Shown here: piece after piece, positions 17,506-22,927 of the stretch
Numbering within the stretch: position 1 is the stretch's first letter
Layout of the letters: the number at the start of each line of letters is the position of its first letter
Assembly (NCBI GenBank): GCA_047611865.1
Contig: JBLFWS010000039.1
Location: 1-22,927, forward strand
Source: Chlamydiales bacterium
GTDB taxonomy: Bacteria; Chlamydiota; Chlamydiia; Chlamydiales; JBDQID01
Length of the DNA stretch: 22,927 nt
Direction: 5' to 3'
Notes under the pieces: generated by a model
Databases searched by the model: none
What the model saw: the letters and a program-made list of their open reading frames with translations, nothing else
Told to the model about the DNA's origin: nothing
Position numbers and translations under genes: made by a program

Positions 17506-20500
17506 TTGCTTCCGTTCCTATGTTCATTTTTTTAGAAGTTGACAGGGAGATTTTTTTCTCATGGGCAAACAGCGGTACGCTATCTCCCAACAGGTACTTA
17601 TCCCATGAGGTAATTCCTATATCGTCTATATCGCATTGATCTATTGCCAGGACTAGACGCTTGGCCAGCCATAAGTCCGTGATGAAAGAAAGCTCCATTT
17701 CCACAGATAACCTACGGAGCCAGTAACCTTCTTTTGCTGTCTTTACCCGAGCAGCTCCAGGGACACTAATAACCATGTCGACTTTGCCCGATATCAGAAA
17801 GGAGATAAGCTCCTTCTGATCATCAAGGAGCATGCACTTAAGATCGACTGCTTGACATTCTACACCTGCTTTCTTAAAAACCTCTGCCGTTTCTGAACAG
17901 GCATAAATCTTCAGTTCTCTTTTCAGCAAGAGCTTCACTTCTTCCACAAACTTGACTCTGTCTTTTTCCAGCTCCAGAGAAATAAAAACTCCCTTCAAGG
18001 GGACTTTAAAGCCGCTGGCTATCATGGCTCCCAGCAGCGCCTCTTCCACATTCCGCCCAAAGCATGCTGACTCTCCTGTTGACGCCATCTCCACTCCAAG
18101 TCTGGGATCTGCTCCCTTCAAACGAGAAAAGGAAAACTGTGCAGTCTTTGCCACCACATAATCCATATCTAAAAGGTTCTTTGGAGTTAGACCTTCGGTC
18201 ATTTTTCCAGACAACATGAGAGAGGTAGCCTCTTCGATAAAATTGATGCCTAAAGCTTTCGATACAAAAGGAAAACTTCTGGAAGCTCGCAGGTTACATT
18301 CAATGACTTTCACAATATGATGCTTGAGACAAAGGAATTGAACATTAAACGGACCCGTAATATTCAAAACTTTCGCAAGATTTTCTGCAATTATTTTAAC
18401 CCTTCGCATCGTCTCAAGATTAAGCCTCTGGGGAGGGATCACAAGTGTGGCATCACCGGAATGTACTCCAGCATTTTCTATATGCTCGGATATAGCATAC
18501 AATTTAATCTCACCGTTATGGGCCACCGCATCAAACTCGACTTCTCGCACTCCGCTTTCGAATTTCGATAAGGTTACCGGATGTTCTGGCGAGACATCCG
18601 TCGCTTTCCCTAGAAAATCCACGAGTTCCTCGAAATTGTAGGCTACGCGCATTGCGGCTCCTGAAAGAACATAAGAGGGCCGGACAAGAACGGGAAAGTC
18701 TCCAAGGTCCCTAACCACTTCCGTAAGGTCCTGCTGTGAATCTGCCTGGGCCCAAAGAGGTTGGTCCACGCCTATTTTATCAAGTAGAGCCGAGAACTTG
18801 TTGCGATCTTCTGCATTGTCAATGGAAGATGCTGGCGTTCCAAAAATTTTTACTCCATGCTCTTGTAGACTCAGTGCCAAATTGTTAGGAGTCTGCCCTC
18901 CCATCGAAATTATGACTCCTTCGGGCTTTTCGAAGTCATACACCTCTAGTACTGTTTCCAGAGAAATTTCGTCGAAAACTAGTCGGCCACAGTTGTCGTA
19001 ATCCGTTGACACAGTTTCCGGATTGTAGTTCAGCATTATGGCTTCATACCCTAACTTTTCGGCCGCTCTCACCGCGCTAACCGCACACCAATCAAACTCC
19101 ACACTGGCTCCGATTCGATAACATCCAGAACCTAGAACTAAAACTTTCTTTTTCTCACCTGGCTCCAGATCACACTCTCTATTGACGTAGGTAAGGTATA
19201 GGAAATTTGTCTCGGCAGGATATTCCGCTGCCAAGGTGTCTATTTGAGAGAGATATGGCCGTACCCCTAACGCATATCTCTTCTTTCTAACCTCATCTTC
19301 TGTAGCTCTCAGAATTTTGCCAATTCCTTTGTCAGAAAAACCCGTTTCTTTAACTTCTCGCATTGTTTCTTCGCTAATCCGTGGTAGGACCCCCTTTTGT
19401 AGAACACCCTCCATCTGAACGATTCTTTCAATTTCCCGAAGAAAAAAACGGTCTATCTTCGTCAACAAAAAAACTTCGTCCACAGTCATCCCGCTTTGAA
19501 ATGCTTTTGCCAAAGCAAAAACTCTTCTAGGAGTTGGTGTGCTGAGCGCTTCTTTCAAATTTTCAAATGCGTAGGCATTAGGATCGAGACCGTCAAAGCC
19601 AATCTCGAGCATCCGAATTCCCTTTTGAAGGACTTCTGCGAAAGAACGGCCGATAGCCATTATTTCACCTACAGACTTCATCTCCGTACCGATGGTCTGA
19701 TCTACCTCATCAAACTTATCAAGGTCCCAACGGGGAATCTTACAGACAATGTAATCAAGGGCTGGCTCAAAAAATGCTGTGGTAACCTTGGTAATGGAAT
19801 TAGGAATCTCTGCGAGAAGATATCCCAGTGCAATCTTTGCCGCGACGTATGCCAACGGATAACCCGTAGCCTTCGAAGCCAGAGCTGATGAACGTGATAG
19901 TCTTGCATTGACTTCAATAACTCTGTATTCACGAGACTGTGGGTCCAAAGCGTACTGAATATTACATTCCCCAATGATCCCCAAACTTCTAATCGTTTTG
20001 ATGGCTACTTCCCGTAACATTTGGTATTCAAAGTCATCTAAAGTCTGCGAAGGAGCCACGACGATAGATTCTCCTGTATGAATCCCCATAGGATCCATAT
20101 TTTCCATGTTACATACTGTGATACAACTGTCTCCACCATCCCGCACCACTTCATATTCAATTTCTTTCCATCCCGACAGACACTCTTCAACCAGAATCTG
20201 AGATACTGAAGTGAAAGCCATCTCAGCTTGCTTACGGCATTCCTTTTCGCTATGCACAACAGAGGACCCTTTTCCTCCTAAGGAAAATCCCGAACGCATC
20301 ATCACAGGAAAACCTATCTCTTTAGCGAACTTCACCGCATCGTTAACATTATATACGGCTAAGCTCTTTGCTGCTTTTACTCCGATTTTCTCCAGCCTCT
20401 CAGCAAAGAGCTGTCTGTCTTCTGTAAGGCGAATTGTCTCTACGGGAGTTCCCAATACTTTTACGCCGTGCTTCCTAAAGATCCCCTTTTCTTCCAGCTC

Positions 20501-20854
20501 CAACCCGCAATTCAACGCCGTCTGACCTCCAAAGCTCAACAATATGCTGTCGATTCCCTCTTTAATTATGATCTTCTCTACAAAGAGGGGTTCCACAGGA
20601 AGAAAATACGTCTTGTCGGCAAGCCCCCCATCCGTTTGTATCGAGGCTATATTTGGATTAATCAAAACGGTGTTTACCCCTTCTTCACGCAGGGCTTTTA
20701 ACGCCTGCGATCCAGAATAATCGAATTCTCCAGCCTGTCCTATACGGAGGGCACCGGAGCCAAGGATAAGTACTTTATGGGGTTTGATCTTTACTGAATT
20801 TTTGAATGGGTAATGTGATGTGTTCTCGGCACCAAAACCGGGTCTTGTCATCAT
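17498..20854 (-). CDS. carB: Carbamoyl-phosphate synthase large subunit
   Basis: GSGALRIGQAGEFDYSGSQA, two ATP-grasp halves (IEVNARLSRSS, IECNLRASRS) and a C-terminal MGS-like domain. Confidence 0.97.
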   Translation of the reverse strand: MMTRPGFGAENTSHYPFKNSVKIKPHKVLILGSGALRIGQAGEFDYSGSQALKALREEGVNTVLINPNIASIQTDGGLADKTYFLPVEPLFVEKIIIKEGIDSILLSFGGQTALNCGLELEEKGIFRKHGVKVLGTPVETIRLTEDRQLFAERLEKIGVKAAKSLAVYNVNDAVKFAKEIGFPVMMRSGFSLGGKGSSVVHSEKECRKQAEMAFTSVSQILVEECLSGWKEIEYEVVRDGGDSCITVCNMENMDPMGIHTGESIVVAPSQTLDDFEYQMLREVAIKTIRSLGIIGECNIQYALDPQSREYRVIEVNARLSRSSALASKATGYPLAYVAAKIALGYLLAEIPNSITKVTTAFFEPALDYIVCKIPRWDLDKFDEVDQTIGTEMKSVGEIMAIGRSFAEVLQKGIRMLEIGFDGLDPNAYAFENLKEALSTPTPRRVFALAKAFQSGMTVDEVFLLTKIDRFFLREIERIVQMEGVLQKGVLPRISEETMREVKETGFSDKGIGKILRATEDEVRKKRYALGVRPYLSQIDTLAAEYPAETNFLYLTYVNRECDLEPGEKKKVLVLGSGCYRIGASVEFDWCAVSAVRAAEKLGYEAIMLNYNPETVSTDYDNCGRLVFDEISLETVLEVYDFEKPEGVIISMGGQTPNNLALSLQEHGVKIFGTPASSIDNAEDRNKFSALLDKIGVDQPLWAQADSQQDLTEVVRDLGDFPVLVRPSYVLSGAAMRVAYNFEELVDFLGKATDVSPEHPVTLSKFESGVREVEFDAVAHNGEIKLYAISEHIENAGVHSGDATLVIPPQRLNLETMRRVKIIAENLAKVLNITGPFNVQFLCLKHHIVKVIECNLRASRSFPFVSKALGINFIEEATSLMLSGKMTEGLTPKNLLDMDYVVAKTAQFSFSRLKGADPRLGVEMASTGESACFGRNVEEALLGAMIASGFKVPLKGVFISLELEKDRVKFVEEVKLLLKRELKIYACSETAEVFKKAGVECQAVDLKCMLLDDQKELISFLISGKVDMVISVPGAARVKTAKEGYWLRRLSVEMELSFITDLWLAKRLVLAIDQCDIDDIGITSWDKYLLGDSVPLFAHEKKISLSTSKKMNIGTEAND

Positions 20855-20905
20855 ATATCTCCAGAGCTTTCTCGTTTCATGGTTTTCCTAATTTACTACA
20901 CACCC

Positions 20906-22018
20906 TTAAGCAACAAGCCCAACATGAGCAGTAGCGAGTTTTCCAAAGTGTACTGCTGCTTTCTTGTCTTTTTTCATTAATTTGACGGTCTGGATGAAAT
21001 CGTCAAAAAGAAACTCTGTATCAGTAGGCCCTGGACGCGCTTCGGGGTGAAACTGTACCGCACTGATAGGTTTGCTTTTGTGACGTATCCCCTCATTTGT
21101 TCCATCATTAAGATTTACAAACCAAGGTTCCCAATCTTCAGGAAGTGAATCGCTATCCACAACGTAGCCATGATTTTGGCTTGTGATATAACATTTGCCT
21201 GTCAACAAATCACATACTGGCTGGTTCACCGAACGGTGCCCATACTTCATCTTCACAGTCTTGGCGCCAGCAGCGAGTGATATCAACTGATTGCCAAAAC
21301 AAATACCAAAGATGGGTAGATCTGAGTTAAAAACACCCGCAACCTTCTCTACGAGAGAATGGGCATTCATTGGATCTCCCGGGCCATTGGCGAAAAATAT
21401 TCCATCGACCTCCGGCAGAAATTTTTCCCAATCGCTATTCCAGGGAGCCCTGATTAAACTGACGCCTCTATTGACAAAGCTTCGGACGATATTCTCTTTG
21501 GCTCCCGTATCTATAAACAGAATCTTAGTATCGCTTACACCACAAGTCACCGTTTTTTTAGGAGCAACCTGATCAAGGAAATCGCGGCTATTGATTTTTT
21601 TTATTCCATCACCTTCCTGGTAATGGTCGGAAAGAAAATCCGCTGTTGCAGTACCATGTTCTCGCAAGTAACGGGTAAGGCTTCTTGTGTCTATACCGCA
21701 CATTGCAGGAACCCCTTGCGACTTAAGCCACTCTCCTAATGAGCATTTTTGAGTATAGTGGCTAGGATATTCACTATGGCGTGACACCACAAGCCCTGCG
21801 ACTTGAATCTTATCGGATTCGAAGTTCCCGTCTGGTACTCCGTAGTTGCCTTGTAGCGGATAACTAAGGACAAGAACTTGTCCATAGTAGGAAGGATCTG
21901 TCAAAGCCTCTACATAGCCTGTCATTGCTGTGTTAAAGACTACTTCACCATGAATGTTCTTCTCCGCTCCAAAAGACTTACCGGTAAAAACCCTATCTTT
22001 AAATGCGAGCTTCATCAT
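20906..22018 (-). CDS. carA: Carbamoyl-phosphate synthase small (glutaminase) subunit
   Basis: Motifs GEVVFNTAMTGY.E.LTDPSY, NGPGDP, GICFGNQ, SQNHGY and VQFHPE. SD GAGG upstream. Confidence 0.97.
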   Translation of the reverse strand: MMKLAFKDRVFTGKSFGAEKNIHGEVVFNTAMTGYVEALTDPSYYGQVLVLSYPLQGNYGVPDGNFESDKIQVAGLVVSRHSEYPSHYTQKCSLGEWLKSQGVPAMCGIDTRSLTRYLREHGTATADFLSDHYQEGDGIKKINSRDFLDQVAPKKTVTCGVSDTKILFIDTGAKENIVRSFVNRGVSLIRAPWNSDWEKFLPEVDGIFFANGPGDPMNAHSLVEKVAGVFNSDLPIFGICFGNQLISLAAGAKTVKMKYGHRSVNQPVCDLLTGKCYITSQNHGYVVDSDSLPEDWEPWFVNLNDGTNEGIRHKSKPISAVQFHPEARPGPTDTEFLFDDFIQTVKLMKKDKKAAVHFGKLATAHVGLVA

Positions 22019-22046
22019 TGCCTCTCATGTTTTCATCATCAGGCTG

Positions 22047-22080
22047 AAAAAAATCTCTGTAAAACTTAACAGAGATTTTT
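22047..22080 (-). terminator. Second terminator-like hairpin just upstream of carA
   Basis: Minus strand AAAAATCTCTGT-TAAGTTTT-ACAGAGATTTTTTT; AT-rich stem ending 28 nt before the carA ATG. Confidence 0.5.
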
Positions 22081-22406
22081 CTAGTTCTCTATTACGTCTA
22101 CCGAACATCTCGGCAGCTTTCAGCGATCCCCTAATTTCCGATCCTCAGAAAAAAGCCCAAGTGGGCCTTCCCTCAGATCGGAAATCGAGGACGTGCAAAC
22201 AATCCATCTCCACCTAGAGGGGAGAGAAGGGGTAGGTTCTGTTTTTAAATGAAGTTCAGTTTTCTTCTGTATCCCGTAACCCACAAAACATACTGTGGAA
22301 ATTTGCAGCTCTGAATTTTGAGAGAAGAGTTCTCTGTCCCGGGGTCTTGGCCCCCGATCCATGCTCTTCTGATTCAGATTGCATTTCTTCAGGTCTACTT
22401 GCATAC

Positions 22407-22436
22407 AAAAAAAAAGCCATCCCTTTCGGGATGGCT
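22407..22436 (-). terminator. Intrinsic terminator (candidate attenuator) in the carA leader
   Basis: Minus strand AGCCATCCC-GAAA-GGGATGGC followed by T9: GC-rich stem, GNRA loop and U-tract. Confidence 0.88.
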
Positions 22437-22488
22437 ACCTAGTAATTCTTGCTGTTAACGAATCTTTGATTAATGGCGTCATATTCAT
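22435..22488 (-). CDS. Putative leader peptide MNMTPLIKDSLTARITR
   Basis: GAGGA 5 nt before ATG 22488; 17 codons; the TAG stop overlaps the first bases of the terminator stem. Confidence 0.55.
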   Translation of the reverse strand: MNMTPLIKDSLTARITR

Positions 22489-22498
22489 ATTGGTCCTC

Positions 22499-22527
22499 AC
22501 CGTAGCGAATCCATTAGCAGATGTCAA
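22499..22527 (-). promoter_or_regulatory. Sigma70-type promoter for the car/pyr operon
   Basis: TTGACA (22527-22522)-N17-TACGGT (22504-22499). Confidence 0.55.
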
Positions 22528-22800
22528 TTAGATTTTTTATATAGATAAGTGTTTTTTCTTGTCTGTATCGACCAACCACCACCTATAACTTCAGGTGCAA
22601 TAACTCTGGCATTTCGAAACTTCTCCATGCCAGAAGCCTCAACACAAATTCTCACTTCATCTTCGCTGATAAGAGTTCTAATAGGAGATGGTCGCGAAAT
22701 TCGAAGACGTATATTCGGTTCATTTTGCAGATATGGAACGACCTTCGCAAAAGAAGAGAGCGAGTCCTTGGGAGCTTGCTCTTCTGGCGCTACGGAAATA
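22524..22800 (-). pseudogene. 3' fragment of a hypothetical gene cut by the MITE
   Basis: About 92 open codons (ISVAPEEQAPKDSLSSFAKVVPYLQNEP...YLYKKSN*). The frame is closed by stops inside the repeat and has no start codon at its 5' end. Confidence 0.45.
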
Positions 22801-22927
22801 GGGCATGGTTCAATTCAAGGTAACACTTTTTCCTAAGCCTATAGGCTGTCTGACCAAAATCTCGGATGACTTAAGAGAAGCGAAGGAATTTGTGATTATG
22901 TAACTGAGTCATGCCCGATCTTCTAAA
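22801..22927. mobile_element. MITE-like repeat, copy 2 (runs to the window end)
   Basis: 125/127 identical to 3661-3787, same orientation. Confidence 0.75.

Noticed and set aside
13701..22217. Many short ORFs overlapping the pyr and car genes
   Set aside because: Shadow frames of conserved enzymes.
22085..22260. Known riboswitch (TPP, c-di-AMP, T-box) or PyrR site
   Set aside because: Only short fragments such as GCTGAAAG resemble them; the conserved cores were not found by eye.
22549..22836. 95-aa plus-strand ORF
   Set aside because: It is the antisense mirror of the minus-strand open frame and ends inside the MITE.

Overview
Bacterial window, inferred to come from an environmental Chlamydiota-like, host-associated organism (eukaryote-type pyrimidine enzymes, a PTPMT1-like phosphatase, Inc-like orphans). 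Left: the end of a heavy-metal RND efflux operon (czcB-like stub, czcA/cusA, P-II-like gene), then a repeat-rich intergenic zone with two related MITE-like elements, a REP-like inverted pair and a CIRCE-like promoter in front of a disrupted small CxxC ORF. Middle: an Inc-like ORF with a probable non-AUG start, an M48/TPR protease, a YihY/BrkB protein, a dual-specificity phosphatase, a pentapeptide-repeat protein and orphan effector-like ORFs. At 13.2-13.75 kb an IS4-like miniature element (perfect TIRs plus target duplication) sits in the putative pyr terminator and carries a 269-bp palindrome. Right: a minus-strand operon carA-carB-pyrC-pyrD-pyrE-pyrF with no pyrB, in which pyrE and pyrF look like the two halves of eukaryotic UMP synthase. 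Its ~470-nt leader holds an unannotated 17-codon ORF whose stop codon overlaps an intrinsic terminator, a candidate attenuator. The window ends in a second MITE copy that appears to truncate a gene.
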